The translations under genes and the position numbers were made by a program. Below are positions 50,697-62,901 of a DNA stretch of 64,000 bases, in pieces. The notes under the pieces are model-generated. The model saw only the letters and a list, made by a program, of their open reading frames with translations. It ran no database searches and was not told the DNA's origin. Each line of letters begins with the position of its first letter. The first letter of the stretch is position 1. Source of the DNA: Azolla caroliniana. Taxonomy: Eukaryota; Plantae; Polypodiophyta. Where the stretch lies: contig JBHGNT010000007.1 of NCBI GenBank assembly GCA_043228905.1, forward strand, positions 16,306,001 to 16,370,000, read 5' to 3'.

Positions 50697-53600
50697 CAAG
50701 TGGTGAACCCGATGTGAAACCGGGTGGCATGGAGATGGAAAATCTATCGGGGGCTAACAACATGGTGGCGATGTTTGAGCGGATGCTACGAGAACAACGC
50801 GCGATGTCGGAGATTGCAACGGCAGTAGAGCGGCTCGTGCAACGGAACAAGCAATTCAACGGGAAAGACGTGTCACGATATTTGCTAGATTACAAGGCGG
50901 AAATGCTACGGTGCGGGATTTCGGAAGGACTGCAAGTGACATCCTTCAACCGGGTGGTGACCGACGACCTTCAAGGGAGTATCCACAAGATACGATAGCA
51001 AAATCCGACGTGGGAGGCATTTGAAGAGGCGCTAAAAACCACGTTCGCCATGGAGGACTCCTCCAAGGCAACAAGGAGGGGATTCAAAGATTGGGTGGAA
51101 ACACCGGATAAGGGGATGAAGGTCCTCGATGTGTTTTCGTCATTCGAAAGTCGGTTCGGGAGGTCGTCTGCGAGAGATCAAGCTATCCTTGCATCGGACA
51201 AAGTGATCATGTTCCTACGAGCTGTGGACATCCGGGAGCGGAAAGATCTTGGAGTGCTTTTGGGGGACGACCATTGAGATTGGCCTCACCGAAACATGGG
51301 AAAGCGTGCAGGATATCGTCGCGTGATACACGAAGAGGGGGCAATGGCTTGCTAATGAAGAAAAGAGGGTTTCGGAACCGATTCCGAAACCGAGATCCAG
51401 ATTGGAAGACCATCAACCGCGGGCTCGGGAGACTACGACCGAGAAGGGAATCGATGCAACCACGGTGGAGCAGTTGCTGAAAGGTATGGAGAATCTGAAA
51501 ATCGCGATGGTGAAGAAGTCGGAAGACCGTCCCACAAGTTCCAAGTACATGGACCGTTGATGCATATGGTGCGATAGCACTGAACATGATCGAGGAGATT
51601 GTGACGAGTACAAGGAGGCGTTACGATGGGATCTTATCTACTACAAGGGAAATCAGATTCATTCGATGGACTCTCGGAAGCCAATCCAACCGAAAAGGCG
51701 CCATGAAGAAGGTCCTAGAGGAGGAGATCACGGCGAAAAACAATTATGCGATAACCGCAGGAATACGTGTGGGGGAGTCATCGGGAGCAAAGGCGTCTTT
51801 TTGGCTGGAAGTGCTAGAAAACCCCGAGAAAACCGATTCCAATGTTATCCGAAGCACCGCGGAAGGCATCCGAGAAGCTACGGGATGGGAGTGCGCCGAT
51901 GATAAGAATAGTGTACATGCCCTATGCCAATTGCATGAGGTGTATGTAGACAAGAAACGACGGCACACGGATGATGCGACTAGACCATCAAAGACACCAG
52001 AAAGCTGGAACTCTAGAGGGAAGGGGAAAGAAAAGATGATTCCGGCATTCAAACTCACCTCAGACATCGAACAACAAACGGACTTGAAAAAAGTGTTCGA
52101 GGAGAGAATCCTCGATAGACGGGTGGAATTTTCGCTTCGGGAATTACTCAGAATAGCAAAGAAGGAGTTCCATGATCTTCTCTTGGATCTCGTGAAGAGG
52201 AAAAGACAAAGTGCAGAGGAAAATGCTCCAAGGGTGAATGCAAATACCGTTTTAATGAATGACACCGAATTGGAGGACGAAATTCCGAACTCCCACTACA
52301 CAAGGTCACATTGGGCACGTGCAACTACGGAGACTCTGGTCCAAATCGGCAACATCAAAGAGCCCGTGCTAGCATTGATTGATCACGGATCAGAGATCAA
52401 CTTGATGTCCAAGAAGTTCTACCGGAAGGGGAAGTGGCCTATTAATACTAATCATTGATGGAAGATCCGGGCAGCCACTAAAGCAACAGAAGACCTATTT
52501 GCGGCTTGTCCGAATGTCAGGTGAAGATCGGAGATGTGGATATAGACCAAAATTTCTTCCTGCAAGATGAGGTCTCACACTCCGTGATCCTTGGGCAACC
52601 CTTTATCATGGCATCATGGATGGAGACAAAGGTGCTCGATAGCGATGCGGCTTTCGCACGAATTCAGAGTCAAAGCGGAGGGAAATCCGTCCAATTCCTA
52701 ATTGTGCCTACGAATCATGAAAGGAACAAGAGGGAGCTGTTGTCCCAAACAAAGATGGATTTTTAGAGTAGACTGTTGCGGAGTGGGGAAGTAATAGTCC
52801 AAGAAGCCCTGATACCCTACACAGGAAGAAAACTCTCAGAGCAAAACAAGTACGAATCGGTCCGGATGGGGCATCTACGTACATGGCCGTAACCGGAGGA
52901 ATGAAGAAAGAATACCAAAAAGTAGAGGATAAGCTATGGTCGGCATCAATAATAAAAGAAGACGAAGAAATCGTGGGAGTAGTCGAAGAAGTATTCTATG
53001 GGAGCTCGCTACAATGGCTTGAAGAGCTTGCGAAAGAAAATAGCAAGGGAGATCAGGGAGTTCTGGTGGAATTGGTTGAGATGTACGAGATCATTGTGAA
53101 AATGGGGCCAGATGCGCTCCGCAAAGAAGAAGCAATGGTAAGTACAAAATACAAGAAAGTGAAACTGGCCACGGGACCGCTACCCGCCGATAGCGAACAA
53201 AAGAGGAAAGAAGTCTCGGGAGATCCGACACTTCGAAAGTCCGTGGATATCGGACATGCATTCACGGATGAGACCCGGAAAAAACTTCGGATCGGTGGAG
53301 GTGGTTTCCTCTTACAAAAAGAAGAAGAACGGTTTCGTGAGATGTTGGAACAACATGGAAAAGCATTTGCATTCACATCGAAGGAGATAGGGTGCGTTGA
53401 TCCGAAGATAGTGGAGCCAATGGAGATCTTCATGATTGATCATGTGCCATGGAACCTGAAGCCAATTCCGGTGCCACGGGCGCATATTCCGAAAGTCATC
53501 GACTTGGTCAAGGAGAAGGTGGCGATGGGGATTCTTGAGCAATCAAACGCTCCGTACTCAAATCGATGGTTTATGGTTTCGAAGAAGAATGGGTCACTCC

Positions 53601-54413
53601 GGTTTATTCAAGACTTGCAACCGGTGAACAAGGTCACGATCTGGAACTCTGGAGTCGGTCCGATAGTGGACGAATTTGCGGAAGCATTTGCCGGACGCGC
53701 GATATACTCCATCGGAGACCTATACTCCGGGTATGAACAATTCCAACTAGCCGTGGAGAGCCGAGACATCACTACCATACGAACACCGATAGGATTAGTC
53801 CGTATGTGCACAGGCGCAACGAACTCGGTCGCACATATGATGAATGCAATGAACAAGGTGCTCCGGGATTGCATTCCGGAGATAACTATGCTGTTTTTAG
53901 ATGACATTCCGATCAAAGGATGCGTGATGGAAGAAAAAGATGAGACTATGGATTATCGGGGATGCCGACAGTTCATAGTCGACCATATTCGCGATTGCAA
54001 GAAAGTGCTACGAAAATTAGAATATGTGCACCTAACACTTTCCAGAGAGAAATCAACATTCAGACAAAAAGAAATATTGGTAGTCGGACATCTATGTGGG
54101 CCCTACAGCCGAAGACCGTCACCAACCAAGATCGAGGAATCATCGGACAATAAAGTGAAGAGAGCCAAGATCCGAAGTAAGAAGCGGCAAGTCCGAAATT
54201 TCTTCTTGAAAAATGGATTAATATGGAGGGAGCGGAAAAGACCGGATGGCATACCACTTCGAGTAGTCAGGACAAAAGAGCAACAAAACCAGATAATGTC
54301 CGAATTTCACGAATCCAATTGGGTTGGACATTGGGGAACATGGGCAACATTTGTGAAGATCAAGCAAAGATATTGTTGGAAGAATATGTACAAAGATGTC
54401 GCGGAGTTCACGG

Positions 54414-55032
54414 TGTCGAGGTATTCCTCGCGGATGCGTGGAATGAGGCGGGACCTCGGGGGTCCTGTACCGAAGAGCAAGAGAGAAAAGAAAAGAGACC
54501 CACTACGTGCGAGAGTAGATTCACAGGGACACGGCCCTTCGACACAAAGACGCGAGTGGGACAGCGACACAGAGAGACACGAATGTATGTATGTATTAAC
54601 AAAGACAGACAACAAAACACGAAGTCGGTTACAACCGAACAGGCCGGCGGACAGATGCCGATACCTGTTCGTAAACGCACAGAAAGGAAGGAGTAGGTTG
54701 GAGGTGCTGCCGGAAGCACTCGGGCATTCCTCAGAGCAACGCGAGCCTCCCGAAACCTGCACAGAAGGAAGCTATGGAGTCTGCGAACCCGAGAGAGAGA
54801 GAGAAGCCTTCGCACCCAATCCGATAGCACTTCGTCCTCGACTCTCCGCGATCCTTCGCCCCTCCTCGTCTCCCTCCTTTTATAGGCAAGGAAGGAGCCG
54901 TTTCCCCGTTACTTCCTACCTATTGAATCTACCTAGGATCTCCTATGTACAACATAAGGCGCACGTGCATGAAGAGTCGGTTCCTACGCTCCGGTGCACC
55001 GATTCCGCTTGTGGACGGTTTTCTTCACGACA
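54414..55032 (-). repeat. Gypsy C 3' LTR (619 bp)
   Basis: Direct repeat of 60741-61363 (about 14 substitutions plus a GA-length difference, manual count). Confidence 0.95.
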
Positions 55033-55105
55033 TCCGCCCCCACCTAACCGCGCATCCACCGGCATGCGCCAAATTGTGTTGGGACGGAGAAAACCGGTCC
55101 AACCT

Positions 55106-58100
55106 TCATTCTCCGCCCGTCGGTTCTGACTCGGTTTCGGATCGCTCGTCGGCGCAGTCCAAGCCAACCGGATCCGGCTCGTCGTAGTGACGCTTCTTGA
55201 ACGCTTTGATCCGCTTCCCAGCTACCGGTATCGCCATTCTCGTACCGTCGAATTCCGCCAGATGGTACGTCCCGTTGTCGTTGGCGCTTTGTACTACGTA
55301 AGGCCCGAACCACCTTCTTGCGAACTTTCGTGTCGCTCGGTGCTGGTTGTCGAGGCTGCTGTCGTAGACTAGCACCCAGTCGCCTTCCTCGATCCTCTTC
55401 GGTCGGAGCCGGTGCGTTCGGTCGAACCGGGCTTTGTTCCTCGTCCTTGCCACTCGAAGCTTTCCCGCGGCCTGCTCCACGTTCTCCGGTCTTCGCTCGA
55501 GCTGTCGTATGCGCGCCGCCAACAGTTCCTCCCGGCTCATCTCGTCTCTCCAGTCCACGGTTGCCCATGAGGAGATCGTACGTTCCATCGGCATGATCGG
55601 CTTCTGCCCAAACATCAGCTCTTCCGGCATGAATCCGGTTACCGAACTGTGCGTAGTTCGGTCCGCCTACAATGCGTAAGGCAACAGCCGCGGCCAGTTC
55701 CCGACTTGACCTCCGCATGCCCGAACTAACGCCTTGACGATTGGTCCGTGTCCGCGCTCCACCTTCCCGTTCGCCTCCGGATTGTATGCAGTGGTAAGCG
55801 AGAGCTTGACTCCTAGCCGGTCGAACACCTCCTCGGCCTCTTCGGCGTCCAACTCCCCGCGATCAGCCACGATCTTCCCGACGCACCCGTACCGGCATAT
55901 CATGTCCTCGATCAGGAACCGACACACGGCCGCGGTCGATTTGTTCTGAAGGGCTCGGCCTTCTACCTGGTTCGTCAGATCTTCCCGAGCCAGGACCAGA
56001 TACCGCATCTGTCCTACTCCCATCGGCATCGTCACCAGACCTACCATCCATTTGAAGTGGATGGTCGGAGGGTATGTAGGGTGAAGCTCGTCCCGATGTC
56101 GGACTATGGAGTGCATCTGACAGCTCTCGCAAGTTGTCACGAACCGATGCACGTCCCGGTACAGTCCCGGCCACCAGTACTTCCCCTTTATCTTCTCGAA
56201 CGTGGCCCACGTTCCACGGTGTCCAGCCCAAGGGCTGTCGTGGTAGGCCGTCAGCAGCTCCTCCTGTTCTTCCTTCATCGCCACCACCCAGAGCGGGACG
56301 CCGTTCCTCTTCTTCAGGTGCTTCCCTAAGTATCCGTCCCGGAGAAAGAATCGGTATGCTTTCTTCCGGATCCGGTTTGCCTCGTCCCTTGTCCATGACC
56401 CATCCGGCGTCATTGTCCTCAAAAACCCACCGATCTGGAGCCACTCGCCGTTGTACTTGCTCTCGTCGAAGCCGTTAAGTGCCGGAGTGCTCGCCCCATC
56501 GGTCGTCACGTACGCCGCCTTGAAGAAGTCCACGCCGACTCCTTCGTCCTCCGAAACCATGCCGTCCTCGTCATCAAACCTCGCCCTCGAAAGCATGTCG
56601 GCCATGGCGTTGTCTTTTCCGGAAATGTGTCGTATTTCTGGGTCCAGGGACTTGATGTATGCTATCCACCTGAGCATCGCCAGGTCCGGTGTCGCGCATC
56701 CGGAAACCATGCCGAGAATCGGCAGGCAATCCGTCTCGATAACCACTTCTGTTCCGATCAGGTAGTCTTTGTCGGCCTTTACTGCCGAAACGATACCCCA
56801 GAGTTCGCGTTTAACCTGGGCGTACCCTCGCTGTCGTTCACTGAGGACCTTCGCGCCGAATCGGATCGGGAACCGAATGCCGTCCCCGTCTTCTTGGTTG
56901 ACGACCCATCCGATCCCGGTCGGACTCGTATCCACCGTTATGTATACCGGGGTACCCTTCTCGTAGACAGCCTTCCGGAGCGCCGGTGCTATCGCAAGAG
57001 CTTCCTTCAGCTTCCGGACCGACTCCGTGTGCTCGTCTCGCCACTCGAATTTTCGCCCTTTCTTCAGCAACCCGTATAGCGGCTCCGCAACGTGGGCGTA
57101 ATGCGGGATCCATATGTGGTAGAATGCGCATGCCCCCAGGAACCTCCGAACTTCCGTAACCGAGCTACAGTCGGTCTTCATCGCGGAAATGGCTTCTACC
57201 TTTGCCGGAGACGGCTTCCGGCCATATGGTCCACATAGGTGTCCGACCACCAGGATTTCCGATTGCCCGAAGGCCGATTTCTCCCCGGAGAAGGTGAGCC
57301 TCGCATCCTCTAGCCTTTGTAGCACCTTCTCGCAGTCGCCGATGTGTGTTGCCACGAATCGCCGGCATCCGTCTGGCACGACTGTCTCGTCCTTCTCTTC
57401 CACCGGGCACCCTTTGATAGGGATGTCGTCTAGAAACGGCATGGTGATGTCTGGGATGCAATCCCTCAGTACCTTGTTCATTGCATTCACCATGTGGGCC
57501 ACCGAGTTGGTCCCTCCTTGTGGCAGGGTACACATTCGCACTAGGCCGAGGGGAGTTCGCATCGTCGTAATGTCTCTGCTCTCCACGGCTAGCTGGAACT
57601 GGTCGTACCCCGAGTACAGATCACCGACCGAGTAAATCGACCTTCCGGCGAAGGCCTCCGCGAACTCATCTATGGTCGGTCCGATTCCTGCGTTCCGAAT
57701 GGTCACTCTATTGACCGGCTGCAGGTCCTGAATGAAGCGCAATGTTCCGTTTTTCTTTGGTACGGTAAACCATCGATTCGAGTATGGCGCGCTCGACGGT
57801 TCGAGAATACCCATATCGACTTTCTGCCTCAGTAGCTCCATCAACTCCGGGATGTGAGCTCTTGGTACCGGAATCGGCTTGAGATTCCACGGCACATGCG
57901 GTACCGTGAATATCACCATCGGCTCCACGATTGTCGGGTCTACGCACCCGATCTCTTCCGGCGAGAATGCGAAGGCTTTCCCATGCCTTCCAAGCATTCT
58001 CCGAAACCGGTCTTCCTCCGCCGGCAGTAGGAACCCGCCCCCACTGATCTTGACCTCCCGGAGCGTCCCGTCGGTGAAGGTGTGTCCTATGCAGGCCGGA

Positions 58101-58579
58101 TCTCGTAAACTGGGGTCCGACGCCACCCCTCTGATTCGGGACTCGCTGCCCTCCGGCAAGGGTGCCGCGACTGGCCTTACCTTCCGGTCCACAGTTTTGT
58201 ACTTCGTGCTAACTCGGGCCGTCCGATCCGACCCGAGCCCCCGACTGAAGTTCGTGATGACTTCGTACATCTCTTCGGAACATACCGGTATTGTCCGGTC
58301 TTCGTTAAGGTCTTCTCCGGCAACCTTCCTCAGCATCCCCAAGGTGTCGTCGAAGGAGACCGCCTCCACGGCCCCGCTGATTTCCTCGTCCGGGCCGAGA
58401 ACTCCGCACGCTCGAAGTCGCACTTCCGCCCTTTTCTTTTCTCGGCCAACGATGCCGACTATCATACACCCTCCGTTGTCGGAGAAGCAAAATCTCCTAC
58501 CTATCGTACAGTCGTGGGGTCTTTCCCGAGTGTCCGGACTGTCTCGGCCCCACGCCTTGGCAACCCTCTCTAAAAATCC
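55106..58579 (-). pseudogene. Gypsy C pol (RT-RNase H-integrase), one premature stop
   Basis: PFLDD, ITVDTS, ETDCLP, H..GH..CESC, ADRGE, NGKVERGH, FGPY; TAG at 55669-55667 in LPYAL*ADRTT (likely TGG). Confidence 0.93.
58515..58579 (-). promoter_or_regulatory. Putative -1 ribosomal frameshift signal (G GAU UUU then UAG) with downstream hairpin
   Basis: The -1 frame is open from the heptamer into pol; stem CGTGGGG...CCCCACG downstream; same heptamer at 52757-52763. Confidence 0.75.
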
Positions 58580-60696
58580 TCCCGGTCCTCGCCACCGAGG
58601 GATTCGCGGTTTCGCTCGTGGTTCGGTCGCACTGTCAGAAATTGGACCGAATGGCGCCCGTCCTGGCTTTTGACCCTCGCGTAGGCCGAACCGTTGTCTA
58701 GCACCTTGGTCTCCATTCTCGCCGTCGTGATGTATGGTTCCCCTAATATGACCGGATGCGAGGACGTCTCCTGTACGAAGAAGTGCTGGTCAATCTCGAC
58801 GTCGCCGATCTTTACTCGCACATTCGGGCAGGCCCCGTGCAGTTCCTCGGTGGCGCGCGTCGCCGCCCGTATCTTCCACCCGTGCCTGGTGTTGATCGAC
58901 CACTTTCCCTTCTTATAGAAGTCCATGGACATTAGGTTTATTTCCGAACCGCGGTCCACCAACGCCACCACCGGTTCCTGAACATCTTCGATCTTTACCG
59001 GGGTCTCCGTGGTCGCTCGGGCCCAGTGTGGCCTCGAATAGTGGCTCTCCGCCCACTTGTCTTCCATCGCCATGTCGTCGATGTGCGTCGTCCGCACCTC
59101 CACCGGTCTTTCCGGTTCCGTCTCTGTCGACAGCCTCTTCCGTTTCACCAGGTCCACAATGGAGTCGTGGAACTCCTTCTTGGCGATCCCTAGCACCTCC
59201 CGTAATGACAGCTCCACTTTGCTGTCGAGGATCCGTTCTTCCAAGACCTTTCGTAGGTCCGTAGTCCTTTCTATTTCCGTCCCCAGTCGGTATCCGCCCT
59301 TCCTGGGGTTATCTTGCGAGCCGGACCCACCGGCATCATTCCGTCGTTGCTCGAATCGGGTCTCGTACCGTTGTGAGGGCCCGGCCGCTCCGGCTTTCCC
59401 CACTCACTTGTCTTCTACCAGAGCCTCGTAGTTCCGGCAGGCGGCTTCTACGAAGCCCGTCTTCTCCTCGACCGGATCGCTCCACCCGGTTATTTCCTGG
59501 ACCCGTCTCTCAGCACGGTCCGTTTTGTCTTTCCTTAGCCGTGCGCCGGCAAGACCTTCCAGCATTGATGACCAGAATCCGTCTTTGCCCTCCTTTCGAG
59601 CCTCGCTGCCCCCGACCCGAATGCCGGCCGATGCCGAGTAGTGGATGGCCTCCACGTGTCGGGCCACTGCCTCTTCCATCAGTCTCTTCATACCTCCTCG
59701 TCCGTCGTTTCGGTTTAGGGCCCTTCTGGTGTCGCCGGCGTGCACCCGGCCTTCCCACAGGTACACCACCCGGTTCCTCAACGCTTCTACGAAATCGCCG
59801 CAGTCCTTCCGGATGTGGCCGACCTCGTCGCACCACATGCACCTATTCCCTACTGCCGGCCGTCGGTCACGAGCCGGTTGACCGCCTTCACTTCGAGTCT
59901 GGGCGATCTGGAGATCCTTTATCGCCCGCATCAACTCCTCCAGCGCTGCTCCTCCGGACGAGCCACTGACCATGCCGGTCGAAGCCGGGCCGGTTTCGAG
60001 CCATTCCCGGGTTTCTTCCCTTCGCCCTTGCAGTGCCGGTTCAAGCCTCCTTGCTGTGACAGACCCCGCACCGGCCGCCCCGTTATCAACCCATTCTAGC
60101 CGTTTGTCGAAACGGCCACAGACTCTCTTAACCGTTGCCCAGTCGGTCGTTAGCCCGTCTTCGGTTTCCAGCAAGGAGCCGACTTGATCCCGGTCCCGCT
60201 CGTCCACCGACTTGACGAACAGTAGGACCCTTCTCGTATCTAGAATGGTTCGGTCAAGCGCCGAAAGGCGCACAAAGCGTTCTTCGAACTCCCGGAGGAG
60301 TGCCGACGCGTTTCTTCCCTTGCCAGGGGACTCCACCCATTCCATGAAGTCTCGTTTCGAAAGCCGGAGCGCGTCGTCCAGCCCGTATTTTTCCAGGAGT
60401 CGGCCTTCGAACTCCTCCCAGGTACGGCTCTCCGCCCGCACCCCGAGCACCTCCGCATGGATGCTCGGCATCGCCACTCGAGGAAACCCGGCAAGACGCC
60501 TCTCTTCCAGAATGTCCCACATCAGCATTTCTGCCCCGTAGGACGCCAAATACTTCGTGGCATCCTTTCCGCTGAACCGGCCGATCGTACCGACGACCAC
60601 CTCAATGGCTCTGTCGAGGGCGCCGGAGCCCTCGCGTGCGCTCAGTATCCGATCCACGGCCGAAGCCATGGCCTCTGCAAGATCCGACCCTTTCAT
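58570..60696 (-). pseudogene. Gypsy C gag-protease ORF, one premature stop
   Basis: CMWCDEVGHIRKDC knuckle; ALVDRGSEIN protease motif; in-frame TGA at 59406-59404. Confidence 0.9.
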
Positions 60697-60718
60697 CTTC
60701 TGCTCTTCTGCCACCTCT

Positions 60719-60736
60719 TTCACGTCGGGTTCACCA
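60719..60736 (-). promoter_or_regulatory. Primer binding site complementary to tRNA-Trp 3' end
   Basis: TGGTGAACCCGACGTGAA, the complement of ...TTCACGTCGGGTTCACCA (plant tRNA-Trp end, recalled rather than searched). Confidence 0.85.
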
Positions 60737-60740
60737 AAGA

Positions 60741-61363
60741 TGTCGAGGTATTCCTCGCGGATGCGTGGAATGAGGCGGGACCTCGGGGGTCCTGTACCAA
60801 AGAGCAAGAGAGAAAAGAAAAGAGACCCACTACGTGTGAGAGTAGATTCACAGGGACACGGCCCTTCGACACAAAGACGCGAGTGGGACAACGACACAGA
60901 GAGACATGAATGTATGTATGTATTAACAAAGACAGACAACAAAACACGAAGTCGGTTACAACCGAACAGGCCGGCGGACAGATGTCGATACCTGTTCGTA
61001 AATGCACAGAAAGGAAGGAGTAGGTTGGAGGTGCTGCCGGAAGCACTCGGGCATTCCTCAGAGCAGCGCGAGCCTCCCGAAACCTGCACAGAAGGAAGCT
61101 ATGGAGTCTCCGAACCCGAGAGAGAGAGAGAGAGAAGCCTTCGCACCCAATCCGACAGCACTTCGTCCTCGACTCTCCGCGATCCTTCGCCCCTCCTCGT
61201 CTCCCTCCTTTTATAGGCAATGAAGGAGCCGTTTCCCCTTTACCTCCTACCTACCGAATCTACCTAGGATCTCCTATGTACAACATAAGGCGCACGTGCA
61301 TGAAGAGTCGGTTCCTACGCTCCGGTGCACCGATTCCGCTTGTGGACGGTTTTCTTCACGACA
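60741..61363 (-). repeat. Gypsy C 5' LTR (623 bp)
   Basis: TGTCGTGAAG...CCTCGACA in element orientation. Confidence 0.95.
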
Positions 61364-61609
61364 ACGGAAAGTTGTGAGAAATACCAAGTCTACTCCGGGG
61401 TTCGACACCAAGATGAGTTACATCCGACATTCTCACCGACAATCAACTTCAAATGGATGGTCGACATTGTAGCCATGCCAACCGGAATCGGACAAAAGAA
61501 GTACTTCATGTTAGCTCGGGAAGATCTCACAAACCAAGTAGAAGGTCGAGCACTACGGAGGAAAACGTGTTCTGCGGTATGCCAATTTCTTTTAAGTATA
61601 GGTCAACGA

Positions 61610-62901
61610 TTAAATTATCCTAGGCAGCACGAATTCATTAGGAAGGGAATCCAAGAGTATCTCTGTCCAACGAGACAGACGATAAATGTGTGTAATCGAG
61701 GGTGCTGTAACGGTCGACTTCTTCGACCTCACCCATCTCGATGCGCCGCTTCTCGACTCTCCTTCTCGAAGTCTTCGGCCTCGAACTCCATCCTCCCTTG
61801 CCACCCTTCACGTCGGGTTCACCAAGGATGTCGCGGTAATCCGCGCTTGCATGTCGGATCCGGGCGGGACCACCAGGGTCATGGATAGGAGGGGAGGAGT
61901 TGTTGGGAACCCGAATCCTCCGGAGCTTGCCACGTTGCCGGCTGGTTCTATCATGGATACTCTCCGGACGCGACCGGTAATCGCACGGGAAGTGAGAGAG
62001 CGCGCCCTCGTCCTTGCCGCCCCTTTCGCCCGTATGTACAAGGGGCCCAAAAGAGGCACGAGACACGGCCCAGTTAACCGCGCCCGCGCACATGCACACA
62101 CACATATTCACACCCGGTTACAACCGGCACCTCTATACCGGCAACCACGCATGCACCCGTTCTCGGACCCTACGCTAACCAGGAACACACACACACATAC
62201 ATATGCGACGCCAGTTCCACACGGAGAGGAAGAGGGAGCCTGCATCCTAGGGCCGGTCGGGGAGCTCCAAGGCTCATTCGCGCGACTGGACCCTCATGCA
62301 GGGCATGCCTCTTCTAGAACGACCACCTCTTGTCGCCAAGCCGCCTACGGGCACACGCCAAGGATGGAAACCTACCAACGAACCACCTAGCGCGCGGGCT
62401 CGTCACAAGCGATAGAAGCAAACACCCACACACACGCAAACATATCGGGCCGTGGAGTGCTGAGAACCAACAAGCAGGAACTCAAGAAAGGCGCAGACAG
62501 TCCGCACGCTACCTGCCACAACCGAACACACCGCCAACGCACGCACCGAGAGTACACCGAAATCCTAATAGAGAATAGAGACAACACACCCCAAGATGAA
62601 GAGAAGATAGAAATTGACGTTATATACAGAAGTTTATTAACACCAAAATGGAACCCACGAATGGGGACCCTTTTACAAGGGGTGCACCCTCCCTTTTATA
62701 GAACAAGGTGAGGGTCGCGTGACTATGTGGGATAAATCCCGACTTACATGGGATTCTCTGTCCCAAATTAACTCCTACTCGGTACCATAACAGCACCCCT
62801 ATTACCTACACCATTTGTACAAGGGTGAGTGCACATGCTCCACCACGCCGATACTTATGATATTCCCCGGTTTCTCACCATGGCCCGGAATCTTCACGAC
62901 A
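61610..62901 (-). mobile_element. 5' LTR (61829-62901), Trp PBS (61807-61824) and short leader of another Trp-group Gypsy
   Basis: TGTCGTGAAGAT...ACCGCGACA followed by 4 nt and TGGTGAACCCGACGTGAA. Confidence 0.85.

Larger units (their letters stand above)
54414..61363 (-). mobile_element. Full-length non-chromovirus Gypsy element C (6950 bp), tRNA-Trp primed
   Basis: LTRs 54414-55032 and 60741-61363, TSD ACGG, PBS, PPT, and near-intact gag-PR and RT-RH-INT. Confidence 0.97.
49925..61595 (+). mobile_element. Trp-primed Gypsy element G, degenerate, RNase H deleted, 3' truncated
   Basis: LTR 49925-50696; PBS 50701-50718; gag-PR to 52766 (IDHGSEIN); RT (LFLDD); integrase split by the nested element. 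Confidence 0.88.

Noticed and set aside
52883-55129. 748-aa ORF as a novel RT fusion protein
   Set aside because: RT/INT of element G reads through by chance into the antisense LTR of nested element C from 54414, and RNase H is deleted near 54130.
60697-61089. N-terminal extension of the 561-aa gag ORF
   Set aside because: It lies in the LTR/PBS and starts at a non-ATG codon; the likely start is the ATG at 60696.
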